From Candidatus Woesearchaeota archaeon (GTDB lineage: Archaea > Nanobdellota > Nanobdellia > Woesearchaeales > UBA11576): a stretch of DNA of 60,000 nt. Under the pieces are notes generated by a model, which had not been told where the DNA came from, ran no database searches, and saw nothing but the letters and a program-made list of their open reading frames with translations. Of this stretch, positions 45,722 to 54,885 are shown piece after piece (position 1 is the first letter of the stretch; every line of letters starts with the position of its first letter). The position numbers and the translations under genes were made by a program. The DNA lies in contig JBDRET010000030.1 in assembly GCA_043819495.1 (NCBI GenBank), forward strand, positions 71,463 to 131,462. The letters are read 5' to 3'.

Positions 45722-46338
45722 CGTGTCTTATTGGTCTCGGATCTTATGAGTTGCCAAGAGTGATCCTGAATGAATGCGCAGGTTCTTCGCTCTTCTTCTT
45801 TTTGAGGTGTGAAAGCGAAGTGGACATTGAGTCTGCCACTGCCTTCAAAATATTTTGATCTGTTTAGAGGTCCGTAGCCTATACTCTTGCCACCATATAA
45901 ACGCGCACCATTGCGATAAAAGACCTGCACGTCCTCAAAACTCTTGCCCGTCTTTGGGAATTGTGCTATTACGAGACTATCGATAGGCCCCATCTCGAGA
46001 GTGTTATCATCAGTCATGTAAGCCCTGATCCGTGTCGGAGATAATGATACATTGTAACCGTCATCCATTAATTCTGGCAGCAATACATCAACATCGATTA
46101 TCGTGCCTGGAGGGCATCCCGGATGTGTCGATGCGACTGTCTCTGGTTCAAGCAATTTGGCAAGTGGGTAGCCTCGCATCTGCTGATCCAGGGGTTTTTC
46201 GACCAGTTTCGTGATCAGGTACTTGTCATCAAAGAAATCAGGCACTGCTGTGGTTAGTTGCCTCAACACATTAGGTCCCATGACCTCTGAGAGTATCTTT
46301 CTTGTCTCTTCATCTATTGCCATTTTTACCTCTGACAC
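45718..46338 (-). CDS. hypothetical protein
   Basis: ATGA overlap with the downstream gene; no motif. Confidence 0.65.
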   Translation of the reverse strand: MSEVKMAIDEETRKILSEVMGPNVLRQLTTAVPDFFDDKYLITKLVEKPLDQQMRGYPLAKLLEPETVASTHPGCPPGTIIDVDVLLPELMDDGYNVSLSPTRIRAYMTDDNTLEMGPIDSLVIAQFPKTGKSFEDVQVFYRNGARLYGGKSIGYGPLNRSKYFEGSGRLNVHFAFTPQKEEERRTCAFIQDHSWQLIRSETNKTR

Positions 46339-46433
46339 CTATTGACGCATTATCTATGGTTTAGTTTGGTGTGTTTCTATTTATAAAATTTTCGTTTAGT
46401 CACTACTGTTAAGTACTTAAAGAAGTTTTTATA

Positions 46434-46454
46434 TTATTGTGGATACTACACAAT
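46434..46454 (+). promoter_or_regulatory. putative NrtR operator (autoregulatory)
   Basis: TTATTGTGGATACTACACAAT fits GT-N7-AC; lies directly after the TATA-like TTTTATAT and 4 bp before the nrtR ATG. Confidence 0.6.
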
Positions 46455-46458
46455 CTAC

Positions 46459-47157
46459 ATGGTAAAATCTCTTGATTTTGAAAGGTTCAGTAAGTTCTCA
46501 CTCACTTCTGACGCAGTAGTCTTCACGATAATGGGAGATGCTCTCAAGATTCTGCTCATAAAGAGAGGGAAACCTCCGTTCGAAGGTATGTATGCCTTGC
46601 CAGGGGGGTTCTTGCGGGATGGTGAGACCTTTGAGCAGGGCTGCACAAGGGAACTTGCTGAAGAGACTAATGTCAGCGATATCTTCCTGAAGAAGCTGAA
46701 CGTATATGATGCTGTTGACCGTGATCCAAGAGGGAGGGTCATCACGACAGCATTCCTTGCGATAATCGATGCGGAGCGTGTCAGGCTTGAGGCTTCGACT
46801 GACGCTGTCGGTGCCGGGTGGTTCGATGTATACTCTCTGCCTAATCTTGCCTTTGACCACGAGCAGATGATAGCGGATGCTCTCGAAGAGTTGCGCTACG
46901 AGATCCAGATATCCAACATCGCTGTCCAGCTCCTTGGCAACAAGTTCACGCTCTCGCAGCTTCAGGCAGCATACGAGACGATTCTCGACACAAAGCTCGA
47001 CAAGCGGAACTTCCGCAAGCGCATAAAAGAGCTTGATGTGCTCGCCCCACTGAAAGAGACTGTGATGGAAGGTGCCCACCGCCCAGCACAATTATACAGA
47101 TTCAAGAGCAAGAAGTATGTTCTTCTGAAAGATAAGATCCATGTGCTGTTGAAGTGA
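46459..47157 (+). CDS. nrtR: Nudix-related transcriptional regulator NrtR
   Basis: Nudix box GGFLRDGETFEQGCTRELAEET, RDPRGR, LAFDH, wHTH FTLSQLQ..YE...DKRNFRKR, RPAQLY. Confidence 0.92.
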   Translation: MVKSLDFERFSKFSLTSDAVVFTIMGDALKILLIKRGKPPFEGMYALPGGFLRDGETFEQGCTRELAEETNVSDIFLKKLNVYDAVDRDPRGRVITTAFLAIIDAERVRLEASTDAVGAGWFDVYSLPNLAFDHEQMIADALEELRYEIQISNIAVQLLGNKFTLSQLQAAYETILDTKLDKRNFRKRIKELDVLAPLKETVMEGAHRPAQLYRFKSKKYVLLKDKIHVLLK

Positions 47158-47202
47158 ATTCTTGATATATTGTGCCAATTCTCCGAAACTTTTATATACT
47201 TG

Positions 47203-47223
47203 TAAGTGTATATATTACACTAA
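47203..47223 (+). promoter_or_regulatory. putative NrtR operator 1
   Basis: TAAGTGTATATATTACACTAA, imperfect palindrome with a GT-N7-AC core, just downstream of BRE/TATA CCGAAACTTTTATATA. Confidence 0.75.
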
Positions 47224-47380
47224 GAGGAAAGATGTGTGGAACACACCAACTCACCCAAAAGCATCCCGTAACTGTGGTGGTTCGGGGCATACAGTATAAA
47301 AACAAGAGATTTTTGATAAAATAACGCCAAAACGGCGCTTATGGAACTAAAAAACGATGAAAATCATTTTAACAAACCAC

Positions 47381-47401
47381 TAAGTGTAAATTTAACACAA
47401 A
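47381..47401 (+). promoter_or_regulatory. putative NrtR operator 2
   Basis: TAAGTGTAAATTTAACACAAA, GT-N7-AC core, upstream of the GGAGG RBS of the first operon gene. Confidence 0.7.
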
Positions 47402-47425
47402 CAAACGATACGGAGGAAATACAAA

Positions 47426-47710
47426 ATGGTAGTCAATCCAAAAACCCTGTTGGAGACTGTAACAGCAAAAGAGAAGGTTACACTTAAGAGATTAGAGGAA
47501 CAGATTGATGAGTTTCTTAAGGAACGGTTTGATGACAGGAATTCTGCAGCTTTTGGTGTGACTAGTGAGTGTACATCGCTGCGACATCAGGTGTACAAAA
47601 GCCTGCTTGACAAGTACCGGACTGCTGGCTGGAATGTCAAGGAAGTATATGATCAGAGAGATGGTGATTACATCCAGTTCTCATACGCCCGAAGAGGTGT
47701 GAAAGAATGA
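47426..47710 (+). CDS. small hypothetical protein, first gene of the NAD operon
   Basis: GGAGG RBS; ATGA overlap with pncB. Confidence 0.7.
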   Translation: MVVNPKTLLETVTAKEKVTLKRLEEQIDEFLKERFDDRNSAAFGVTSECTSLRHQVYKSLLDKYRTAGWNVKEVYDQRDGDYIQFSYARRGVKE

Positions 47711-49107
47711 ACACGACACTCCTTACAGATCTCTATCAGCTCACCATGATGGCAGCATACGCAGCAAATGATAAGGAAGATCAAATAGCAACCTTCGACC
47801 TTTTCATACGCAAGCTTCCAAAAGATTGGGGTTACTTCATAGCTAATGGTATTGAAGACGCAGTGGATTACATAACAAACATAGAGTTCGATGATTCTGA
47901 TATTGATTACCTGAGAGAACAGAATCTGTTCAATGAAGACTTTCTCAATTCACTAAAAGATTTCAAGTTCGAAGGTGATGTCTATGCAGTCAAGGAAGGG
48001 ACAGTTGTTCCTGAGAACGTACCTATAATGCGGATCACTGCACCAAGGTCGCAGGCGCAGCTTCTTGAAAGCAGACTTCTCAATATCATAAATTTCCAGA
48101 CGATGATCGCTACAAAAGCAAACAGAGTAGTCAATGCCGCAGAAGGAAGGCCAGTTGCAGATTTTGGATTGAGGCGTGCACAGGAAGAGACTGCAGCTAT
48201 GAAAGGCTCGCGTGCAGCATACATCGGAGGATGCGTCTCCACATCCAATGTCAAGGCAGGAAAAGAATATGGCATCCCGATATCAGGGACTCATGCTCAC
48301 AGTTTTGTGATGTCTTTCGATACGGAAATTGAAGCATTCAGGGCTTATGCAAAAGCATTCCCTGACAAGCCTACTCTTTTGATAGATACTTACGACGTGA
48401 TGCAGGGCGCGAAGAACGCAGCCATCGTGGCAAGAGAGCTTGAAGCAAAAGGAAAGCAGCTTGGCGCAGTAAGGCTTGATAGTGGAGACCTTACAGAAGA
48501 CAGCAAGCAGGTTAGAGAATTCTTCGATAGTGTAGGGTTGGATTATGTGACTATACTAGCAAGCAATGACCTGAATGAATACAAGATAGCAGACATGCAT
48601 GAGAATGGTGCAAAGACCGGAGGATATGGTGTGGGGACTGAGATGATAACTGCAAAGCCAGTCACCGCAGTCTCTGGAGTGTACAAGCTGGCAGAAGATA
48701 CCGACGAGGCAGGGAATCTTGTGCCGAAGATAAAGTTGGCAGAGGGTAAGCGCACATTGCCTGGTAAGAAACAGCTCTACAGGGTGCAGGGTGTTGATGT
48801 GTACTGGGTGGAAGGAGATGAACGCCGTAAAGTGGAGTACATCATCGGTCTGGATGGAGAGTTGGATAATATGCCCGGGATTGAGGCATTGCTTCAGCCT
48901 GCAGTGATAGAGGGTAAGCCTGTCTACCAGAAGAGCCCACTCAATGAGACAAGGGAATATGTAAGAAAAGAGGTCGAGATGCTGTCTTCAGTATACAAAG
49001 GAGTCCGTGCTGAAAAGCAGCTGAAAGCATCAGTGACTCCGAAGCTTGAGGCACTGACACAATCATTGGTCGATCAATATCATAAGGATAATGAGGAGGT
49101 AATGTAA
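47707..49107 (+). CDS. pncB: nicotinate phosphoribosyltransferase
   Basis: LLTDLYQLTM, DFGLRRAQ, GTHAHS, LIDTYD, VRLDSGD, GVYKL. Confidence 0.95.
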   Translation: MNTTLLTDLYQLTMMAAYAANDKEDQIATFDLFIRKLPKDWGYFIANGIEDAVDYITNIEFDDSDIDYLREQNLFNEDFLNSLKDFKFEGDVYAVKEGTVVPENVPIMRITAPRSQAQLLESRLLNIINFQTMIATKANRVVNAAEGRPVADFGLRRAQEETAAMKGSRAAYIGGCVSTSNVKAGKEYGIPISGTHAHSFVMSFDTEIEAFRAYAKAFPDKPTLLIDTYDVMQGAKNAAIVARELEAKGKQLGAVRLDSGDLTEDSKQVREFFDSVGLDYVTILASNDLNEYKIADMHENGAKTGGYGVGTEMITAKPVTAVSGVYKLAEDTDEAGNLVPKIKLAEGKRTLPGKKQLYRVQGVDVYWVEGDERRKVEYIIGLDGELDNMPGIEALLQPAVIEGKPVYQKSPLNETREYVRKEVEMLSSVYKGVRAEKQLKASVTPKLEALTQSLVDQYHKDNEEVM

Positions 49108-49108
49108 G

Positions 49109-49759
49109 ATGAAAACGATATTCTGGAATGTAGACACTCAATATGATTTCATGAGGGACGATGAATCTTTCAAAGGAGCGCTACCAATCCCTGGAGCGAG
49201 AGAGATAGAGTCAAATCTGGAGAGGTTGACGATGTATGCGAATGAGACCCGTATTCAGGTAGTCAATACTGCAGACTATCACACACCAGCGTCGGAAGAG
49301 CTGTCTGATACGCCTGATTTCAAGAGCACTTTTCCCCCTCATTGCCTGAAAGGGACGCGAGGGGCAGACTTCATATCTGCGACAGAACCTGTTGATGGGT
49401 GGCCTGTGCGGATATATTGGGATGATGCTGACTTTGACGAAGAGGCATTGCAGGGGCATTGCAGGAACATAGTGATCTACAAGGACAGGTTTGATGTCTT
49501 CACAGGAAATCCCCATACAGAGAAGGTCCTTGAAGCGATCAGGCCTGACCGGGCAGTCGTCTATGGCGTCGCTACGAATGTCTGTGTAGACTATGCAGTC
49601 AGAGGACTTCTCAAACGCGGCGTGGAAGTATATGTTCCGACTGATGCGATAAAAGAATTGTCAGGTCTACCTTTAGAGGAGACAATCAGGGCATGGCAGG
49701 ATAATGGTGCAAAACTTGTTACTGTGGATGATATTGTGAAGTACAACATCATGGATTGA
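49109..49759 (+). CDS. pncA: nicotinamidase (isochorismatase family)
   Basis: VDTQYDF, D-x-H, FPPHC, K, GVATNVCV. Confidence 0.9.
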   Translation: MKTIFWNVDTQYDFMRDDESFKGALPIPGAREIESNLERLTMYANETRIQVVNTADYHTPASEELSDTPDFKSTFPPHCLKGTRGADFISATEPVDGWPVRIYWDDADFDEEALQGHCRNIVIYKDRFDVFTGNPHTEKVLEAIRPDRAVVYGVATNVCVDYAVRGLLKRGVEVYVPTDAIKELSGLPLEETIRAWQDNGAKLVTVDDIVKYNIMD

Positions 49760-49781
49760 TGTGGTGCAGGAGGTAATGAAT

Positions 49782-50732
49782 ATGTCCGAAACAAAAATAA
49801 TTCTTCCAAAGATGGATGCTGAGAAGGTTGCTGATGAGATAGGTGATTTTGTATTGGAGAATGTCATCAACCGAGGTAAGTTCGGTTGCGTGATAGGATT
49901 GTCAGGAGGTGTTGACTCGACTGTGACTGCGGCTCTGATAAAGAGAGCCTTTGATAAGTACAACAAGGGACTTGATCATGCAGGAGGTTGGGGTGATCCT
50001 ATGTTCGAGCTTGTAGGTTATGTTCTCCCTTCGACGATAAATGATCCTGCGGACACAGAAGACGGCATCAAGGTCGCAGAGCGCTTAGGCATTCGTTACG
50101 AGGTGCAGAGCATAGATAAGATAGTCGATGCATACAGGACAACTAATATCGAAGCGTTGCAGAAAGATTATCACAAAGGAAATCTCATGTCAAGAATTCG
50201 TGCCAATGTTCTAAACACAAAAGCAGCAACAGAACAAAAAGTGCTCTCGGGCACGGGTAACAAAGATGAGGATTTCTGTATAGGTTACTACACTCTATTC
50301 GGAGATGGTGCTGTACACATGAGTCCTATAGGTGGCCTTTCAAAACGTCTTGTCAGACAGATGGCAGGATATCTAGGTTTTAGTGATCTTGCTGATCGTG
50401 AACCTACTGCAGGTCTTGAGCCTGGGCAGACTGATTTTAAAGATTTAGGGTATAGTTACGATGTCGTCGAGCTGGTGATGGAAGGCGAGCAGCAGATGAC
50501 AAATGGATTTGCAGGTATGTATTGCACCCCACAAGACCTCGCTGAGCATAGTCAGATTGCGCCGCTTCTCAAGAAAGAAGCAGCACAATACAAGAGCATG
50601 TATGGTAAAAAGAGATTTGACAATGCCACAAAATTGGTTGAAGATATTATGCGCAGGCATGAGATAGCTCGTGAGAAAGCAAAACTGGTGAGTCCGGCGA
50701 TAGCGCAGGTCACATTGGAATACAAGAGGTGA
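49782..50732 (+). CDS. nadE: NH3-dependent NAD+ synthetase
   Basis: IGLSGGVDST, GNLMSRIR, GTGNKDE, GYYTLFGDG, PTAGLEPGQTD. Confidence 0.93.
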   Translation: MSETKIILPKMDAEKVADEIGDFVLENVINRGKFGCVIGLSGGVDSTVTAALIKRAFDKYNKGLDHAGGWGDPMFELVGYVLPSTINDPADTEDGIKVAERLGIRYEVQSIDKIVDAYRTTNIEALQKDYHKGNLMSRIRANVLNTKAATEQKVLSGTGNKDEDFCIGYYTLFGDGAVHMSPIGGLSKRLVRQMAGYLGFSDLADREPTAGLEPGQTDFKDLGYSYDVVELVMEGEQQMTNGFAGMYCTPQDLAEHSQIAPLLKKEAAQYKSMYGKKRFDNATKLVEDIMRRHEIAREKAKLVSPAIAQVTLEYKR

Positions 50733-50737
50733 TAGGG

Positions 50738-51658
50738 ATGACAGGCAATAGTAAGAACAACTGCCTCAACAACACGATAGATTGCATATTCGACCTGAAT
50801 GGGACTCATACTGTACTGATAAGGAGAGGACGTGAACCTTTCAAGGGTTACTGGGCGCTTCCTGGCGGACGTCAGTATGAGCAGGAGGATCTGGTCGACA
50901 CAGTTGTCAGGGAGATGGGTGAAGAGGTAGGTGTGGACATCAAGATCATCTCTCCAGGGATACCGACCCCGGTCATTGTCACAGGCCAGAAGACTTGCCT
51001 TGACCAGATAAGGACATATATGTCAGGGACTGACCCTCGAGGGGGGAACACGACAGTCCATGCTATACAGCTGAAAGGGGATATGGATGTTCTGTGCAGC
51101 TATTTCACTGCAGGTGATGATGCTGTCGACCTGAAGATAGTCAGGCATGATGAGTTGCCAGCACTTGCATTTGACCACGCCCAGTTCATAGAGGATTATT
51201 TCATGAGGCTCAAGAGGTACCGCAACCCTTTACCGACGACAGATGTGGTGATAGAGTACAACGATGGCAATAAAGAAGGCATAGTCCTCATAACCCGGAA
51301 GAATCCTCCAAGAGGTTTAGCACTTCCAGGAGGGTATGCTGAATGGGGAATATCTCTTGAGGAGAACGCGGTAAAGGAGGCGAAAGAGGAGACAGGTCTT
51401 GACGTCGTGCTTGATTCCCATGAGATGCCTCTGTGCCTGCATTCAGACCCTTCAAGGGATATGCGTAAGCATACGATAAGTTCTACATTCATAGCTAAGG
51501 GGCAGGGTACTTTGATTGCAGGTGATGATGCTGCTGATGCGAAGCTCTACACGATAGATGAGGTGATGGATCTTGTAGAGAACAATGGTCTTGTCTTTGA
51601 TCATGGGCGTATCCTGAGGAAATACCTTAAGCATAGGGGGTATCTTAAAGATGAATGA
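50738..51658 (+). CDS. tandem double Nudix hydrolase (ADP-ribose pyrophosphatase-like)
   Basis: Two Nudix boxes (ALPGG...REMGEEVG; ALPGG...KEAKEETG), each followed by AGDDA and (A/V)FDH. Confidence 0.88.
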   Translation: MTGNSKNNCLNNTIDCIFDLNGTHTVLIRRGREPFKGYWALPGGRQYEQEDLVDTVVREMGEEVGVDIKIISPGIPTPVIVTGQKTCLDQIRTYMSGTDPRGGNTTVHAIQLKGDMDVLCSYFTAGDDAVDLKIVRHDELPALAFDHAQFIEDYFMRLKRYRNPLPTTDVVIEYNDGNKEGIVLITRKNPPRGLALPGGYAEWGISLEENAVKEAKEETGLDVVLDSHEMPLCLHSDPSRDMRKHTISSTFIAKGQGTLIAGDDAADAKLYTIDEVMDLVENNGLVFDHGRILRKYLKHRGYLKDE

Positions 51659-52292
51659 GGCAAGAGAGGGGAATGGGCTTGGCATAGTCGGTCTGATAGG
51701 AAGGTTCAAGCCGTTGCACAACGGCGGCGCTGCGCTGCTTGAGTCTGTGTGTGAGCAGGCAGAGCATGTCATCATAGGTATCGGGAGCTGCAATAGGTAT
51801 GACCTGCGTAACCCATTCACTGCAGAAGAGACAAAAGGTATGATTGACACAGTCCTCTCGCCGAGATTCATGAATTATGAAGTTATATACGTCCCGGATT
51901 TTGCGCATGATGATCCTGCGGCCGGAGGTCAGAAGTGGAGGGAACATGTCCTGTCAGCTTATGGAGGGATAGACCATTTTGTATCAGGGAATGATTATGT
52001 GCGTGAACTGCTCAAGGATGATTATGTCCTGCTCTCTCCTGAAGAGGTCATCCCAGTATCCCGACAGATATTTGTCAGAGGTACCCGTGTGAGGTTTGAG
52101 CTTGCAAGGGATGGTGATTGGAAATCATCAGTACCCGGAGAAGTTGCAGCGTATCTCGAGCAGAATCATCTTGTAGACCGTTTCAGGGATGAGTTCGGGA
52201 AGCAGATGATTGATAGGTATTCTGGAAAAGATATAAGTATGCGTGAGAGTTCAATCGAGGAATATCTTAATGTATTGGATGTTAGGAAGTGA
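51651..52292 (+). CDS. nadM: NMN/NaMN adenylyltransferase, NadM-like
   Basis: IGRFKPLHNG, IIGIGS, NPFTAEE, GTRVR; the HxGH motif reads HNGG. Confidence 0.8.
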   Translation: MNEAREGNGLGIVGLIGRFKPLHNGGAALLESVCEQAEHVIIGIGSCNRYDLRNPFTAEETKGMIDTVLSPRFMNYEVIYVPDFAHDDPAAGGQKWREHVLSAYGGIDHFVSGNDYVRELLKDDYVLLSPEEVIPVSRQIFVRGTRVRFELARDGDWKSSVPGEVAAYLEQNHLVDRFRDEFGKQMIDRYSGKDISMRESSIEEYLNVLDVRK

Positions 52293-52296
52293 TGTG

Positions 52297-53223
52297 ATGG
52301 ATCTTGACCGGATGATTCTGGTGCCGACAAAGAGCAGGTACGAACTGGAGGTAGGACGTTACGGCAGTGAGTCTGCTGCAAGGGAGATGTTCGGCTCTGA
52401 AGAGGTGTGGGATTATATCTGTGGCAGCCATCATGCACAGAAGGATAATCTTGCACAGGTCCTCAAGGGACTTGACGATCCTTATGTCATAGACCGCTCT
52501 CAACTGACTCAGGACATGATACACGATCATGATCTCTTTGTCTTTCTCGGAGGGGATAATCACTTCACCTATTGTGCGCAGGATATATTGAGATACGTGC
52601 AGCAGAATCCGGGCGATGATAAACTCGTTTCAGGTATTGTGTTGGACCCGGGCAAGAGTGCTGGAGCATTGTTGTATCTTGATGTCGACTCTTTTTTAGG
52701 CAGTATCCCTTTGATCAGAAGAGATGAGTTCGATGTTGAGCATTGGACGGCTCTTGAGGTGAAGATATCTGGTGGATCAGGTGCGACCAGACCGTTCCCT
52801 GCAGTGTGTGATTATTTTATCGGTGAGTATGGCAGGCTGTTCATGTCAAGGAACAGGGTCTATATTGATGGCAAGGAGGTTTTTCCTGACAAGTCTTCAG
52901 GTATCCTGATAGCGACTGGTGCTGGTTCCTGCAGAGGTTCCTGGTATGATAATATCCATAACGTGATGTTCGGTGAGAGTGATTGCTTTGCAAATGATGC
53001 TGATTGCGCAAGTATTATCCTGACAGAGCACGCATCAAAGAGTAAAGCGACATTGCACAAAGGCCAGAAGTTCGTGATTGATTCTTACAATGATGCGAAG
53101 GGGATCATAGCACCTGACTCTCATGAGGAGCATGCTGCTGGATTCATGATAGGATGCAGGGCAGAGATTCGCATATCTGAGTATCATCTGAGCATAATGA
53201 AACCCGGAAACCCTTCTATTTGA
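52297..53223 (+). CDS. NAD kinase-like protein
   Basis: FLGGDNHF, DYFIG, KSSGILIATGAGS..SW. Confidence 0.7.
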   Translation: MDLDRMILVPTKSRYELEVGRYGSESAAREMFGSEEVWDYICGSHHAQKDNLAQVLKGLDDPYVIDRSQLTQDMIHDHDLFVFLGGDNHFTYCAQDILRYVQQNPGDDKLVSGIVLDPGKSAGALLYLDVDSFLGSIPLIRRDEFDVEHWTALEVKISGGSGATRPFPAVCDYFIGEYGRLFMSRNRVYIDGKEVFPDKSSGILIATGAGSCRGSWYDNIHNVMFGESDCFANDADCASIILTEHASKSKATLHKGQKFVIDSYNDAKGIIAPDSHEEHAAGFMIGCRAEIRISEYHLSIMKPGNPSI

Positions 53224-53474
53224 CAGTATTCTGGCTGATATCTGCTTGTAGGGGCTATATGTACACCAAAAGCAGATTCAAAATGCCCCTACCACAGAGT
53301 AACAAAAAAAGAAACATTTATATAGGTCAGTCTGGTTCTAGATGCCTGTTGAGTGCGGTTTAGTTATATATGGGGCGTATAGGACTTCACAAGGTACTTA
53401 TGTGGAGTATCCTGAAATTTATGTTCCATTCAGACAAGTGAGTCATTCAAATAAATTTCATAGCGAGGGATATC

Positions 53475-54866
53475 ATGACTGATAGTGCGGATATTGGTAC
53501 GGATATGGAGATGTTGAACCTTTTGCAGAAAGGTTTGGCTCAATCTATGGTAGATGAAAAAGCTCGCGAGCTAGCTTCAAGTTTCTCAAAAGGGAACATA
53601 AAACCTGTTGTAAGGTTGACTGATACTAAGAAAGTCCTTGAGCAGAAGATAAGGAATTTTGAAGGCAAGCAGATGGAAGAGCTGGGTATTGATGATTTCA
53701 AGTTCAGCGATATATTCAAGCATGAGAACGTTGCCCGGAAAAATTTTGGCATAGGGATGGAACGCAGGGATTATGCCCTGTTGGAAGATCTTCCACAGAA
53801 GATGGATGCGCTTGGCAGGAGAGGAGCATTGAGCATACCTCTTGCAGCAGTCAATCCGCAGGATGATAAAGACAGGATACAGATGATCCTTCCTAACCTT
53901 GCAGGTTCAGGGATGAGTAGGGAAGGTCTTGGAAAATTACTCAACAGGTTTGAGAATGAAAGCACACTCATAACCCGGCTTGACAGTCAGCACATAATCA
54001 ATGCATTAGGTGTCGTGCCAGCAAAGATAGGCAGTCATCTGATGCCGATATTCGGTATTGCGACAGAGTATCTTGAGGAGACTCATACTTTGAGACAGAT
54101 ATTGGATGCTGCACTCATGAAGAGATATAGATTCACTCCGGAAGAGGTCATAGCACTTGCACAGCCGATCGCATCTTCTCTGAGGATGATGCATAATGAC
54201 AGCGAGGACATGGCTCCATATCGTGATGTGCACCGTGAAGAGATGGTCCACAGGGGACCTGAGCCTTCTGCATATCTTGTATCAAGATATGGTCGGATGG
54301 TACTTTTTGATTTTACTCTTGCGCGATTGTTTCCTAAAGTAGAGCCTAAGAATCTCAGGCACGCAGCGACGACCATTGAGATGTTGCCTGATGAGCCCAG
54401 ATATCTTTCTTGGGAACAGACTAATACGGATCCTAAGAAACTCAAGGGAGTCAGTGACTGTCAGACTGCAGGGATTGTATTGTATGAGCTGATGGTCATG
54501 CCTGATGCTGAAAGTCCTTTTGTAGAACTTTATGATAAGACTAGTGTCTTAAGACAGGTAGAAGAGAACAAGTATGTTCCGATATCAAGATTCGCTGACA
54601 AGAAGGTATGGACTTCCAAAGGCAAGGATAAGATAGACTTACGCACTACTGTGGATGATTGTATGAAGCAGATGCCTGCAGATCGGCTGAACCATGTAGA
54701 GGTCAGGGGCGGTGTCTACCACTGCGCAGCAAGGCTTGACGAGGAGCTCAAGGGTTTTGCAGAACAGAAGCCTCTTCCAGCTCTTCTCGACGAGAATCAG
54801 ATATATTCTGAGAAGCGTGCTGAGCAGGTGCGCAGTCAGGTAATACAGAATCTGTTCGGCGCATGA
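53475..54866 (+). CDS. Ser/Thr protein-kinase-fold pseudokinase
   Basis: VHRGPEP (HRD changed to HRG), DFT (for DFG), RYLSWEQ, SDCQTAGIVLYEL. Confidence 0.75.
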   Translation: MTDSADIGTDMEMLNLLQKGLAQSMVDEKARELASSFSKGNIKPVVRLTDTKKVLEQKIRNFEGKQMEELGIDDFKFSDIFKHENVARKNFGIGMERRDYALLEDLPQKMDALGRRGALSIPLAAVNPQDDKDRIQMILPNLAGSGMSREGLGKLLNRFENESTLITRLDSQHIINALGVVPAKIGSHLMPIFGIATEYLEETHTLRQILDAALMKRYRFTPEEVIALAQPIASSLRMMHNDSEDMAPYRDVHREEMVHRGPEPSAYLVSRYGRMVLFDFTLARLFPKVEPKNLRHAATTIEMLPDEPRYLSWEQTNTDPKKLKGVSDCQTAGIVLYELMVMPDAESPFVELYDKTSVLRQVEENKYVPISRFADKKVWTSKGKDKIDLRTTVDDCMKQMPADRLNHVEVRGGVYHCAARLDEELKGFAEQKPLPALLDENQIYSEKRAEQVRSQVIQNLFGA

Positions 54867-54885
54867 TGTTTAATGATATTGATTG

